Assembly: GCA_019745415.1 (NCBI GenBank)
Contig: JAIETF010000009.1
Span: 64,503 to 128,502 of the forward strand
Direction: 5' to 3'
From: Candidatus Obscuribacterales bacterium
GTDB taxonomy: Bacteria > Cyanobacteriota > Vampirovibrionia > Obscuribacterales > Obscuribacteraceae
Length of the DNA: 64,000 nucleotides
Positions 53,845 to 63,752 of the stretch are shown here, piece after piece (the stretch's first letter is position 1; each line of letters starts with the position of its first letter). A model generated the notes under the pieces. It did no database searches, was not told the DNA's origin, and saw nothing but the letters and a program-made list of their open reading frames with translations. Made by a program: the position numbers and the translations under genes.

Positions 53845-54738
53845 TTATCTTAATTTGTACATGGCGATACGCAGATAAGCCAGCGACATCAAACCGCAAT
53901 AGGCGATGCCGTCCAGCCACCAGCGACCGCCGCGATAGTGCTTATGCCAAAAGCGATAGAGCCCTTTGTGCGATGAAATAATCATCGGCACCTTCACCTG
54001 CTTTATCGACTGGCCGTAATGATGCACAACCTGAGCACTGGGCGTAAACCAGATTTCGTAACCGCTTTGAATAATGCGAAAGCACCAATCAACTTCTTCG
54101 AATAGCATGAAATAACCTTCATCGAGGCTTCCCACTTTCTCAAAAATCTCGCGTTTGACCATCAAGCAAGCGCCCTCAGGTTGGTCGACACAGCGCTCAT
54201 CATCATGGTTCCAGTCAAGCATCTTATAGCGGCGAAACTCTTTGCCGAATTTGCTTGAGGCTGGGAAGAGCCTGGATAGACCAAGAAGCTCATAGAGCAT
54301 GCCGGTAAAAGTAGGAAACTCGCGGCAAGATCTCTGAATGGAGCCGTCGCTGTTGAGCAATTGCGGCGCCACAACGCCGCAGCGCGGGTGCTTAGCAAAG
54401 AACCGCAACAGAGTGGCCAGGGCTCCCGGCTTGATTTCGGTATCGGGATTGAGCAGAAGAATATAGTCGCCGCCGGCTAGTTTGAAAGCCTGATTGTTAG
54501 CTTTGGCAAAGCCCAAATTTTGATCGTTGGCAATAAGATGCACCCAAGGGTGCTCGCTTCTAGCCATATCAGCCGAGCCATCGGCCGAAGCATTGTCGAC
54601 AAGGAAGACCTCTACGTCGTTATGCGAGGCAAAATCGCTTTCAGACTTTAGCCTCTCAATCTCAGCCTGCAGAGCCACAAGACAGGCCCGCAAGAGATCT
54701 CTAGTATTCCAACTGACGATTACGATAGATAAGAGCAT
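53845..54738 (-). CDS. Family 2 glycosyltransferase (rhamnosyltransferase/WbbL-like)
   Basis: LSIVIVSWNTRDLL..., VDNASADGS and NLGFAKANNQA...LLLNPDTE. Confidence 0.85.
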   Translation of the reverse strand: MLLSIVIVSWNTRDLLRACLVALQAEIERLKSESDFASHNDVEVFLVDNASADGSADMARSEHPWVHLIANDQNLGFAKANNQAFKLAGGDYILLLNPDTEIKPGALATLLRFFAKHPRCGVVAPQLLNSDGSIQRSCREFPTFTGMLYELLGLSRLFPASSKFGKEFRRYKMLDWNHDDERCVDQPEGACLMVKREIFEKVGSLDEGYFMLFEEVDWCFRIIQSGYEIWFTPSAQVVHHYGQSIKQVKVPMIISSHKGLYRFWHKHYRGGRWWLDGIAYCGLMSLAYLRIAMYKLR

Positions 54739-54883
54739 TTCTTTGACATTTTTAAAACCGCCTTAGTTTAGCCCTTTCGAGCGGCGATTAATTTAGGTCA
54801 TTTTTATAAGCGCTTTTTATACTGTTGTTCATGCGCGCCCTGTCCACATCTTTTAGACTTATCTATCAAGTTCAGACTTCAGC

Positions 54884-55474
54884 GTGTTTGTGGGACTTTT
54901 AGATAGCCTAATGCTTGCCAAGAGACTTACCGACTTTATCATTTCCGCTTCCGCCCTGGTGGTATTGGCACCAATACTCATTCTTATCGCCTTGGCCATC
55001 AAGCTAGATTCAAAAGGTCCAGTTATCTTTAAGCAGCGAAGAGTGGGTCAAAACGGCGAATTCTTTGAAATTTATAAATTTCGCACCATGCGCACAGGTA
55101 CGCCGGATCTGCCCACAGACCAGATGCTCAAACTACCCAGCCCTATAACCAGGGTAGGAAATTTCCTGCGCAAAACCAGTCTAGATGAGCTTCCGCAGCT
55201 ATTCAATGTCCTTTCAGGACAGATGAGCTTAGTAGGACCTAGGCCGGCTCTGTATAATCAACTGGAATTGACGGAGCGGAGAAAGGACGAAGGGGTCCTT
55301 AAGTTTCTCCCCGGCATAACTGGTTGGGCCCAGGTCAATGGCAGAGACGAACTTCCCGATGAAGTCAAAGTCAAAGCCGACAAGTGGTACTGCGATCACT
55401 GGAGTTACTGGCTCGATTTGCGCATTATATTTATGACGTTCGGCGCGGTGTTCAGCAAGAAAGGAGCCAATTGA
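54884..55474 (+). CDS. Monotopic phosphoglycosyl transferase (bacterial sugar transferase, PglC/WbaP C-terminal type); priming enzyme
   Basis: DFIISASALVVLAPILILIALAIKLDSKGPVIFKQRRVG...YKFRTM...DELPQLFNVLSGQMSLVGPRP. GTG start; alternative ATG at 54911. Confidence 0.85.
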   Translation: MFVGLLDSLMLAKRLTDFIISASALVVLAPILILIALAIKLDSKGPVIFKQRRVGQNGEFFEIYKFRTMRTGTPDLPTDQMLKLPSPITRVGNFLRKTSLDELPQLFNVLSGQMSLVGPRPALYNQLELTERRKDEGVLKFLPGITGWAQVNGRDELPDEVKVKADKWYCDHWSYWLDLRIIFMTFGAVFSKKGAN

Positions 55475-55499
55475 GGCTCGTTTTCTAAGGAGAGAAGAA

Positions 55500-56573
55500 A
55501 TGAAAGGTCTAATATTGAGCGGCGGAAAAGGCACAAGAATGCGCCCGATCACACATACAGCCGCCAAGCAGCTTCTACCCGTGGCCAACAAGCCTATTTT
55601 GTTTTACGGCATCGAAGCCCTCATCGATGCAGGTATCAAGGAAATAGGCATCATCATCAGCCCAGAAACCGGCAATGATGTGAAAGAATGCGTCGGCGAC
55701 GGCAGCCGCTGGGGCATAAAAATAGATTACATTCTGCAGGCTGAACCACTCGGACTCGCCCATGCAGTCAAGACAGCGAGAGACTTCCTGAAAGATTCTC
55801 CCTTTGTTATGTACTTGGGCGACAACTTGATCAAAGATGGGGTCGGACCTTTGGTGGAGCGCTTCAAGCAAGGCGGCGCCGATGCCTTCATTCTGCTCAA
55901 AGAAGTGGCTAATCCTAGTTCTTTCGGCGTGGCGCTTCTTGATCCGGATGGTCGCATCAACTGCCTGGAAGAAAAACCGGCCAAACCTAAGAGCAATCTA
56001 GCCCTAGTTGGTGTTTATCTTTTCAACCCTAAAATTCACGTAGCTATAGACCGCATCAAGCCCAGCAAACGAGGCGAGTTGGAAATTACCGACGCCATTC
56101 AAGAGCTGATCAATACCGGAAACCGCGTCGACAGTCACATTCTCACATCGTGGTGGTTGGACACCGGTAAAAAAGACGACATGCTCGAAGCCAATCGCGT
56201 CGTTTTAGACGAAATGACCGACGTAGCCATGAACGGCGATTTGGACGGGAGCTCGCGAGTATCAGGTCGCGTACAAATCGGCAAGGGCAGCAAGCTGATC
56301 AACTGCACAGTCAGGGGCCCGGCTGTCATCGGCGAAAACTGCCACCTAGAAAACAGCTATGTCGGTCCCTTCACATCAATCGGCGACGGCGCCCGGGTCA
56401 GCCATGCCGAAATAGAACACTGCATTTTGCGTGAGAAGTGCCAGATCATGGAATTCCATGGACGCATTGCCGACAGTTTGATTGGTGTAAATGTGGAGCT
56501 GACTCGCTCAAACAACAAACCACATGCATTTCGCCTCATGATCGGCGACGACTCTAAAGTGGAAGTAGTCTAG
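55500..56573 (+). CDS. rfbA: Glucose-1-phosphate thymidylyltransferase, long form with C-terminal beta-helix
   Basis: MKGLILSGGKGTRMRPITHTAAKQLLPVANKP. At 357 aa it has LbH-type repeats at the C-terminus. First gene of the dTDP-rhamnose set. Confidence 0.8.
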   Translation: MKGLILSGGKGTRMRPITHTAAKQLLPVANKPILFYGIEALIDAGIKEIGIIISPETGNDVKECVGDGSRWGIKIDYILQAEPLGLAHAVKTARDFLKDSPFVMYLGDNLIKDGVGPLVERFKQGGADAFILLKEVANPSSFGVALLDPDGRINCLEEKPAKPKSNLALVGVYLFNPKIHVAIDRIKPSKRGELEITDAIQELINTGNRVDSHILTSWWLDTGKKDDMLEANRVVLDEMTDVAMNGDLDGSSRVSGRVQIGKGSKLINCTVRGPAVIGENCHLENSYVGPFTSIGDGARVSHAEIEHCILREKCQIMEFHGRIADSLIGVNVELTRSNNKPHAFRLMIGDDSKVEVV

Positions 56574-56605
56574 AGAGCACACCGTTAAGTTAAATAATTC
56601 TGAGC

Positions 56606-56633
56606 AATTTAAGGCGCTATAGCGCCTTAAATT
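56606..56633. promoter_or_regulatory. Perfect 28-bp palindrome between rfbA and rfbB (hairpin or operator)
   Basis: AATTTAAGGCGC-TATA-GCGCCTTAAATT. Starts 32 nt after the rfbA stop and ends 88 nt before the rfbB ATG. Confidence 0.5.
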
Positions 56634-56721
56634 ACCCGTTTTCGCTTGATCCGAAGCACCTTTCAAGTGGAAAATTGCATATCTGTAGAAGACCCGTATT
56701 TTGAATCACGAGGAAATTTCG

Positions 56722-57783
56722 ATGAGACTTCTCATTACCGGCGGATTGGGCTTTATCGGCAGCAATCTTGTTAGATACTTGCTTGAGACCCATCCCGACT
56801 ATGAAATCATCAATCTCGACGCCGAGACCTATGCCGGTCACAGAGAAAATCTGGCCGACGTAGACAAAAATCCCAAGTACAAATTGGTAGTCGGCCGCGT
56901 CGAAGACGAGAAGCTGGTTGATGAAATAGTCTCTGGTAAGAAATTCGGCACCATCGACGGCATAATCAACTTGGCTGCTGAAAGCCATGTCGACCGCTCC
57001 ATCTCAGACCCCTTTGTTTTTGTGAAGAGCAATGTCATGGGCACCCATGTGCTACTCGACGCCGCCTTCAGACACGGTCTAAAAGCCGGCGCCAGCCAGC
57101 CCTATAAGCCGGAAGATTACACAATCAAATATGTCCAGGTCTCGACCGACGAAGTTTATGGATCTCTGGGACCGGAAGGTCTCTTCACCGAAGAAACCCC
57201 GCTTCAACCGAATAGCCCTTATTCTGCCAGTAAGGCATCGGCCGATATGCTCTGCCGGGCTTACTTCCATACCTATGGCATGCCCACCGTCATCACCCGT
57301 TGTTCCAACAACTACGGACCCTATCAGCATCCCGAAAAGCTAATTCCTCTTTTCATCACCAATCTGCTCAAGGGCGAGAAAGTACCGGTTTACGGCGATG
57401 GTCTCAATGTCAGAGATTGGTTGCAAGTGGAAGACCACTGTTCAGCCATCGATCTAGCCTTCCACAAAGGCGTTCCGGGCGAAGTCTACAACGTAGGCGG
57501 TCATAATGAGCGCACCAATATGTACATAACCAAACTAATCATTTCTGAACTGGGCAAAGGCGAAGAGATGATCAAATACGTACAAGACAGACTGGGCCAC
57601 GACCGTCGCTATGCCATCGACTCCAGCAAAATTCAAAAGGAACTGGGCTGGAAGCCGAAACACACATTCGAAACCGGTATCAGAGCCACTATCAAGTGGT
57701 ACACCGAGAACACCGAGTGGGTAAATACCGTCAGCACGCCTCACAAAGAAGCGGTGCGCGAACTGGCCAAGACAACTCACTAA
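56722..57783 (+). CDS. rfbB: dTDP-glucose 4,6-dehydratase
   Basis: LLITGGLGFIGSNLVRY, STDEVYG and YSASKASADML. ATG at 56722 is preceded by GAGGA. Confidence 0.9.
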   Translation: MRLLITGGLGFIGSNLVRYLLETHPDYEIINLDAETYAGHRENLADVDKNPKYKLVVGRVEDEKLVDEIVSGKKFGTIDGIINLAAESHVDRSISDPFVFVKSNVMGTHVLLDAAFRHGLKAGASQPYKPEDYTIKYVQVSTDEVYGSLGPEGLFTEETPLQPNSPYSASKASADMLCRAYFHTYGMPTVITRCSNNYGPYQHPEKLIPLFITNLLKGEKVPVYGDGLNVRDWLQVEDHCSAIDLAFHKGVPGEVYNVGGHNERTNMYITKLIISELGKGEEMIKYVQDRLGHDRRYAIDSSKIQKELGWKPKHTFETGIRATIKWYTENTEWVNTVSTPHKEAVRELAKTTH

Positions 57784-57797
57784 ATTAGGCGCAGGAA

Positions 57798-58679
57798 GTG
57801 ACTGAAGATCTTAAGCGACAAAAAATACTTGTCACCGGTGCTGGTGGCATGTTGGGCAGCGCCCTCGCCCCCTGTCTCAAGAAAAGGGGACATGAAGTCG
57901 TAGCGCTGCCCAAAGAAGACCTAGACGTCACTAGCTATGCTCAGGTAGGAAGCACTCTCAAAGGTGTCAGACCCGAGCTGGTGATTCACTGTGCAGCCTA
58001 TACCAAGGTAGACCAGGCCGAGTCTGAACCCGGCCTGGCTTACCTAATCAACGGTTATGGCAGCGAAAATCTAGCGCTTGCCGCTCAAGCTCTAGATATC
58101 CCGGTTGTCTATATTAGTTCAGACTATGTTTTCGACGGCGAACAAACCAGCCCCTACACCACCTGGGACAAAACTCGCCCGCTTTCAATCTATGGCAAGT
58201 CTAAGCTAGCCGGTGAAGAAGCCATTCAAAGACATCTGAACAAGTTTTATATTGTCAGGACAAGCTGGCTTTATGGACCGAACGGACCAAACTTTGTAGA
58301 TACAATCAGCCGCATGGCCAAAGAAGGCAAACCACTGAAAGTGGTCTGTGACCAGATTGGCACGCCCACCTGCACTCTTACCTTATCGGAATATCTTGCC
58401 GATCTTATCGCCACAGGCAGATATGGTGTTTATCACGCCACCGACGAAGGCGTTACCAACTGGTACGAATTCGCCAAAGAGATTGTGAAAGACTTGAAAG
58501 TAGAAGTTTCGCCCATAGAAACAAAAGACTTCCCAAGACCGGCAACCAGACCAAAATACTCAGTGCTTGACAAAACCACTCTGGTGCACACAATCGGCAA
58601 AGAGTTAACACCCTGGAAAAAGGCTCTTGCTGATTATCTCGCCTCGGTAAGAGAGGCACAGAAAGCAGCCAGTCACTAA
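57798..58679 (+). CDS. rfbD: dTDP-4-dehydrorhamnose reductase
   Basis: ILVTGAGGMLGSAL...YGKSKLAGE...RTSWLYG. GTG start after AGGAA. Confidence 0.9.
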   Translation: MTEDLKRQKILVTGAGGMLGSALAPCLKKRGHEVVALPKEDLDVTSYAQVGSTLKGVRPELVIHCAAYTKVDQAESEPGLAYLINGYGSENLALAAQALDIPVVYISSDYVFDGEQTSPYTTWDKTRPLSIYGKSKLAGEEAIQRHLNKFYIVRTSWLYGPNGPNFVDTISRMAKEGKPLKVVCDQIGTPTCTLTLSEYLADLIATGRYGVYHATDEGVTNWYEFAKEIVKDLKVEVSPIETKDFPRPATRPKYSVLDKTTLVHTIGKELTPWKKALADYLASVREAQKAASH

Positions 58680-58731
58680 TGTTATAATTGCCGAGTCGTA
58701 GTAGCCGCCAACACATTAACAGTCGATAATT

Positions 58732-59292
58732 ATGCTCATGTTGAAACCCTTAACACACGAAGCCATCGGAGAAGAGTACAACAAAGAACTCTCCGTGCAA
58801 GATTATTCAAAAAAGACAGTCATTGACGGTGTAAAAATCATTACCCTCAATATGTTTGTCGATGATGGCGGCTCACTGGCTGAAATCGTACGCTTCGACG
58901 ACAACGGCAATCTGCAAATTTTGCCAGATTTCAAAGTCAAGCAATCGACTTATTCACAGATGTTGCCCGGCACAATCAAAGCTTTTCACCTGCATTACAA
59001 TCAAGAAGATGTCTGGTTCATAATGCCTTACGACCGTCTTCTCATCGGTCTCTTCGATGCCAGAAAAGATTCACCCACCTACAATCAAACCATGCGTTTC
59101 GTACTGGGTGCAGGACGAGCCCAAGCTCTCTATATTCCCCGCGGCGTTGCCCATGGGCTAGCTAATCCCTGGCAAAATCCTGCCAATATGATCTATTTCG
59201 TCAATCAATGCTTCGATCCAAATGAGCCTGATGAGAGAAGATTGCCTTGGGATATCCTCGGCGAAGATTTCTGGCAAATTCGCAAAGGCTAG
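58732..59292 (+). CDS. rfbC: dTDP-4-dehydrorhamnose 3,5-epimerase (RmlC cupin)
   Basis: AFHLHYNQEDVWFI...ALYIPRGVAHGLAN. Completes the rfbA-B-D-C set. Confidence 0.8.
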   Translation: MLMLKPLTHEAIGEEYNKELSVQDYSKKTVIDGVKIITLNMFVDDGGSLAEIVRFDDNGNLQILPDFKVKQSTYSQMLPGTIKAFHLHYNQEDVWFIMPYDRLLIGLFDARKDSPTYNQTMRFVLGAGRAQALYIPRGVAHGLANPWQNPANMIYFVNQCFDPNEPDERRLPWDILGEDFWQIRKG

Positions 59293-60376
59293 ACAGAGCG
59301 ATGAATTTTTTGAAAGAGCGATTACAAAATCGCTCTTTTTTCTTTTTCCAAATATGCCCGTCTAAATGAAAGTGCCAGAGCTGAAAGATGACAAAGAGAG
59401 TGGCAATAACTTTCCAACCGCTGCCCAAAAATAAAAGCCAAGGCAAGCCATACAGAAGCAACACCAAGACAAAACTGACCGGGTAAAAGAAGATGCTGTA
59501 GTCTTTCAGTGACTCTTTCAAGTTCTCTTTGAGCCTCTCGTTGACCACGACTAAATACTGCAAGCCATGAAAGAAAGATGGCACAAAGAGCCAGAGTTCC
59601 TTGACGCACCAGATAGGCAGCAAAAAGAAAGCCAGCCCGCTAGCTAGTAAGAGTATGGCAATCCAGGGTACGCTGTTAACCTTTCGCCCAAGCCCAAACA
59701 AAAGTCGACCGCAAAAGCAAAAAGCGAAGACGCTCAAAAGTAAGCGCAAAATATTGACAAAGCTCTCGCTAAAGAGAGCCCAGGCTGGCAATTCTTGAAA
59801 AAGAAAGGTCTGCCCGGCCTGCTGACCCGACGACAAAAGAAAAGCAACCCAGTAAAAAGCAGTTATATGAAAGAGAAAATCCAACTGTCTGCGCCCGCTA
59901 CTATCGAGAGTAAAGCCGCCTCTTCGGCAATAAATGAGGAAGATACCCTTGATTTGGAAGAGGAAGTGATAAGGCACGAGCAAAAGATAATACTTACAAA
60001 GCACCGCTATTAGTGGCAGCCTCAGCCAAACATCAAGCGATAGAATTATGGCGGCTACAATAATTAAAGCGAAAAGCGAGCCCAGTCCCGGCTTACAAGA
60101 AGAACAAAGTGAAGACTTAAAACTAGATTTTTCGCTATTAAAATTCTCAACCGCTTCCAAGACCGGAGTGGCGAGAGAATGGCAAGCCGAAAGGAAGACA
60201 GCCCCGAGGGCGGAGATCTGATAAAGAAGCTGCATTTGGTGGCTATTGCTTGTTTGAGAACTTACAGAAAGCGTCATAGCAAATAAGATCCAGACGGCAC
60301 CGCCGCAGACAAAAAGCGAGTCGAATAGAGGCGAAACAAAATATGGTCTCATTTCTTTCTCACTGCTTATTTTCAT
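59201..60376 (-). CDS. Hypothetical polytopic membrane protein with conserved-looking His motifs
   Basis: 391-aa ORF with at least nine TM helices. Motifs FFHGLQY and LWHFHLDGHIWKK. The 3' tail overlaps rfbC by 92 nt. Confidence 0.5.
   Translation of the reverse strand: MKISSEKEMRPYFVSPLFDSLFVCGGAVWILFAMTLSVSSQTSNSHQMQLLYQISALGAVFLSACHSLATPVLEAVENFNSEKSSFKSSLCSSCKPGLGSLFALIIVAAIILSLDVWLRLPLIAVLCKYYLLLVPYHFLFQIKGIFLIYCRRGGFTLDSSGRRQLDFLFHITAFYWVAFLLSSGQQAGQTFLFQELPAWALFSESFVNILRLLLSVFAFCFCGRLLFGLGRKVNSVPWIAILLLASGLAFFLLPIWCVKELWLFVPSFFHGLQYLVVVNERLKENLKESLKDYSIFFYPVSFVLVLLLYGLPWLLFLGSGWKVIATLFVIFQLWHFHLDGHIWKKKKERFCNRSFKKFIALSSLCEFARNLRRGYPKAIFSHQAHLDRSID
59313..59347 (+). terminator. Intrinsic terminator of the rfb operon
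   Basis: AAAGAGCGATT / loop ACAA / AATCGCTCTTT (11-bp perfect stem), followed by TTTCTTTTT. Confidence 0.8.
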
Positions 60377-60385
60377 TTTTTCAGC

Positions 60386-60688
60386 TCACCAAGAAAAGAT
60401 CACACTATCCAAAACGGCAGCCAAAGCCCAATTTACAAAAACAGGCACAAAGAAACCGAGGGTGAGCAGGCCGCCGCCAAGAGCGCAGCCATTCTTGTGG
60501 AGAGCTTGGGGAAGCAGTTGCTTGCCCATTTTCTTATAGAAATAGATGCCGGAGAATAAGAAGAAAAAACCACTAAGCATGAGACCAATCTGCAATGTAC
60601 TGGAGAAAAAATTGAGAAATGCCTCAAGACAAGCAAGCATATTGACCCTAAATGCGGTGCTGGTCCCCTGAACCACAAACTCGTCCAT
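60386..60688 (-). CDS. Hypothetical small membrane protein (2-3 TM)
   Basis: 100-aa ORF ending 9 bp upstream of the start of 59201-60376 on the same strand. Confidence 0.4.
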   Translation of the reverse strand: MDEFVVQGTSTAFRVNMLACLEAFLNFFSSTLQIGLMLSGFFFLFSGIYFYKKMGKQLLPQALHKNGCALGGGLLTLGFFVPVFVNWALAAVLDSVIFSW

Positions 60689-60814
60689 GGCAGACCTCCT
60701 CTATATAAAAGTAGTAAGTGCAGCTAGCTTATGCTTTGACAAGGACCAAGAACAGGTTGAAAACCCTATGGCGCGCTCGCGCAAAATACTAGTTCTGAAT
60801 CGCCAAAGCAGCCT

Positions 60815-61747
60815 TTAAGCTCTTCTAGCCGTATTGATGAGCCAAACAGCAAAAAGTACAGTCAGCCCAGAAAGCAAGACCCTGGGCGTCAAAGCCTCGC
60901 CATTCCAGAGCCAGCCTAGAAAGACAGCCACTATCGGATTGACATAGGCATAGGTGGCCACTCTTGATGGGGTAACATTCTGCAAGAGATAAACATAAGC
61001 AGAGAAAGCAACAATCGAGCCAAACACCGCTAAATAGGCGAGAGCCAGCCAAGCTTCGCCCTTGGCGTTTGCTAGAGCCGACCAACTATGACCACTTTCG
61101 CCGGTAAGAAAAGAAAGCACAAAGAGAATAAGTCCGGCGGCAAGCATCTGCATACCCACTGAATAGACCTGGGAAGGATGATTAACTGCCTTACGAGTAT
61201 AGATAGCCCCGCAGGCCGAACCAAAGGCACCGACAAGCACACAAGTGGCGCCGAACAGGTCGACCTCGCCGTCCTTATCTAGACTATCGAGATCGAGCAA
61301 AAGAGAAAGCCCGACAATACCCATAAAGAGACCCAACCAAGTCTTACCGGAGGGTCGCTTGCCCGAGAAAAGCCATTGCAAAAGCACAATATAGATTGGC
61401 ACCGATGTCACTAAAAGCGACACCAGACCGGTGGCTACGGTCTTTTCAGCGAGCGCGACACCGGTACTACCAAAGACCAAAAGCAGGGTGCCCAAAATTG
61501 TGGCTGAAACAAGCTCTTTCATTTGGGGCGGTCTTTCACCACGAAATATAGCCACTAAACACATCAGCAAGCCGGCAAAAGTAAAACGTATGCCGCCCAT
61601 AAAGAAAGGCTGAAAAGACTGAAGGGCGAACTTGATAGCTATATAGGTCGAACCCCAGATAATGTAGACCAGAGCGAAGGAAAGCAAGATCTTGAAAGAA
61701 TTTACCTTATCTTCTTTCTTGAACAGAGAATGGTCCGGGGCTTCCAT
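60815..61747 (-). CDS. EamA/DMT-superfamily transporter
   Basis: Ten TM helices and IIWGSTYIAIKFAL, the typical two-EamA-repeat architecture. Confidence 0.85.
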   Translation of the reverse strand: MEAPDHSLFKKEDKVNSFKILLSFALVYIIWGSTYIAIKFALQSFQPFFMGGIRFTFAGLLMCLVAIFRGERPPQMKELVSATILGTLLLVFGSTGVALAEKTVATGLVSLLVTSVPIYIVLLQWLFSGKRPSGKTWLGLFMGIVGLSLLLDLDSLDKDGEVDLFGATCVLVGAFGSACGAIYTRKAVNHPSQVYSVGMQMLAAGLILFVLSFLTGESGHSWSALANAKGEAWLALAYLAVFGSIVAFSAYVYLLQNVTPSRVATYAYVNPIVAVFLGWLWNGEALTPRVLLSGLTVLFAVWLINTARRA

Positions 61748-61814
61748 AAGAACCTAAAATTTGCCAAAGGCGGGAATAAATGCGGCGCGAAAGACGTTCT
61801 AATAAGCATACTCT

Positions 61815-62300
61815 ATGAAGAAGAGAAGAAAGGTGCGGAGAGAACATATGATGCAAGTATTTAGCAAAGTCGGTCTGACTGCGGCACTTACTATTGCCAC
61901 CGCCATTCTTTCTTTATCTGCCTGCAGTCACAGCCCTGAAAAGCAGGCGGCAAGCTCTGCCGAGGCCAATATAGAAGCAATCTCTATAGAAAAGACCAAC
62001 GACGAGACTTTCAAGAAAGACGTACTAATGTCTAAAGAACCAGTGGTCGTAGACTTTTATGCCGACTGGTGCCAGCCCTGCAAAATGATGGAACCAGTGG
62101 TGGAATCGCTGGCTGACGAATATAAGGGTAAAGTCAAATTCTATAAGCTCAACATAGACGAAAGTCCGATCACCACAGGGCTCTGCGGCATCGGTCCTAT
62201 TCCCACCTTAGCAGTTTTCAAAAACGGTGAACTGGTAGGCGGCAATGTGGGCATGGCGCCCCGCTCTCACTTAAAGATGGTTTTAGAGAAATTTCTCTAA
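61815..62300 (+). CDS. Lipoprotein thioredoxin
   Basis: Lipobox LSLSAC. Thioredoxin fold with WCQPC active site and a cis-Pro context (GPIPTLAVFKNG). Confidence 0.8.
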   Translation: MKKRRKVRREHMMQVFSKVGLTAALTIATAILSLSACSHSPEKQAASSAEANIEAISIEKTNDETFKKDVLMSKEPVVVDFYADWCQPCKMMEPVVESLADEYKGKVKFYKLNIDESPITTGLCGIGPIPTLAVFKNGELVGGNVGMAPRSHLKMVLEKFL

Positions 62301-62317
62301 ATCAATAAACCGATGCT

Positions 62318-63628
62318 CTAAATATAGGCGGCATCGGCCACGGCGTCTGCAACCCGCTGATGCACTTCACGATCGAGGATGCTGGGCACGATATTATCGA
62401 GCTTGGTCTGACGACAGATAGCATGGGCGGCCGCCAACTTCATGGCATCGGTAAAACGCTCTGAATGGGCTTTGAGTGCCCCCTTGAAGAGACCGGGGAA
62501 AGATAGTGCATTATTGATTGTGCGTCCGTCGGCGGCAAAGAGCGCCCCTTGAGCCATAGCCACCTCGGGCAAGATCTCAGGGTCAGGATTGGACAAAGCC
62601 AAAATGACCTGACCTTTTTTGACCATCTCGGGCTTGATTAGACCGGGCACGCCGGTGGTGGTCACCACCACGTCGCAGTCGGACATAATTTCTTTGAGGC
62701 TGACGGCTTTGCCACCCAATGACTCTAGCCTGGAGGCGGCATCAGCTCTGAGGTCGGTGCCGAAGACATGTTGAACGCCGTAAGACAGCAAAAGCTGAGC
62801 GATGCCGGAACCAGCAGCGCCAAGTCCGATGATACCGACTGAGCAGAGGGGCAACTCTAGGCCGTTGCGCATCGCTATGGTCATCAGAGCAGACAAAACA
62901 ACCACGGCTGTGGCATGCTGATCGTCATGCAAAACCGGCACATTTAGCTCGTTCTGCAAACGTCTTTCAATTTCAAAACATTCGGGAGCGGCAATGTCCT
63001 CCAGGTGAATAGCACCAAATGTAGGGGCAATTGCTTTGACTGTTTCAACCACAGTATCAACATCGGTACTGTCGATGAGAATCGGTACCCCACTGACTCC
63101 GACTAACTGTTCATAGAGGACAGACTTACCTTCCATGACCGGCATCCCGGCCACCGGACCAATATTGCCCAGACCAAGAATAGCGGTGCCGTTTGTGACA
63201 ACCGCCACCGAATTACCGATACAGGTGTAGGAGCGGCTGTAAGCGGGCTCGCGCTGAATGAGCTTGCAAATCTGGGCGACGCCGGGGGTATAAATCTTGC
63301 GCATCTGCGCGATACTATCTAAAGGAAAGCGGCTCTTCACCGCTATTTTGCCACCCTCGTGGGCCTGCTCCACCGGATCTAGAACCGATTCCAGACTGAC
63401 GTCTTCTAAGGAAGAGAGACCGGCAATGACAGCGGCTAAATGCTCTTGATTGGTGAACTGTAAACTGATTTCTCTAATTAGAAAGTCTGGGCCTTGGGCA
63501 ACAATGTGGATCTCGCCTATGTTGGCGCCCAACTCACCCAATTTGGTGGCCAATCGTCCCAGATAGCCCGGCTTATCGAGTACTCTAATGCGAAACACGC
63601 GCAAAAGTCGCTGCTCAGCTTTTATCAC
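62318..63628 (-). CDS. NAD(P)-dependent malic enzyme with N-terminal ACT domain
   Basis: ACT-like [34 protein letters not shown]. Malic-enzyme motifs IYTPGVAQ and [26 protein letters not shown], plus [10 protein letters not shown]. Start reassigned to GTG 63628, which is preceded by AAGGA at 7 nt. The ORF extension to 63889 overlaps the next gene. Confidence 0.85.
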   Translation of the reverse strand: MIKAEQRLLRVFRIRVLDKPGYLGRLATKLGELGANIGEIHIVAQGPDFLIREISLQFTNQEHLAAVIAGLSSLEDVSLESVLDPVEQAHEGGKIAVKSRFPLDSIAQMRKIYTPGVAQICKLIQREPAYSRSYTCIGNSVAVVTNGTAILGLGNIGPVAGMPVMEGKSVLYEQLVGVSGVPILIDSTDVDTVVETVKAIAPTFGAIHLEDIAAPECFEIERRLQNELNVPVLHDDQHATAVVVLSALMTIAMRNGLELPLCSVGIIGLGAAGSGIAQLLLSYGVQHVFGTDLRADAASRLESLGGKAVSLKEIMSDCDVVVTTTGVPGLIKPEMVKKGQVILALSNPDPEILPEVAMAQGALFAADGRTINNALSFPGLFKGALKAHSERFTDAMKLAAAHAICRQTKLDNIVPSILDREVHQRVADAVADAAYI

Positions 63629-63752
63629 TTCTAGTTCCTTACGGTGACGCTTAACAAGGTGACGCTCAATGAGCTTACTTGTGAAAGGACCGAATTTTAA
63701 GCCTGTCTGAACAAATGTGACAGTTGTATACTCGATATTTACTTCAAAAACT

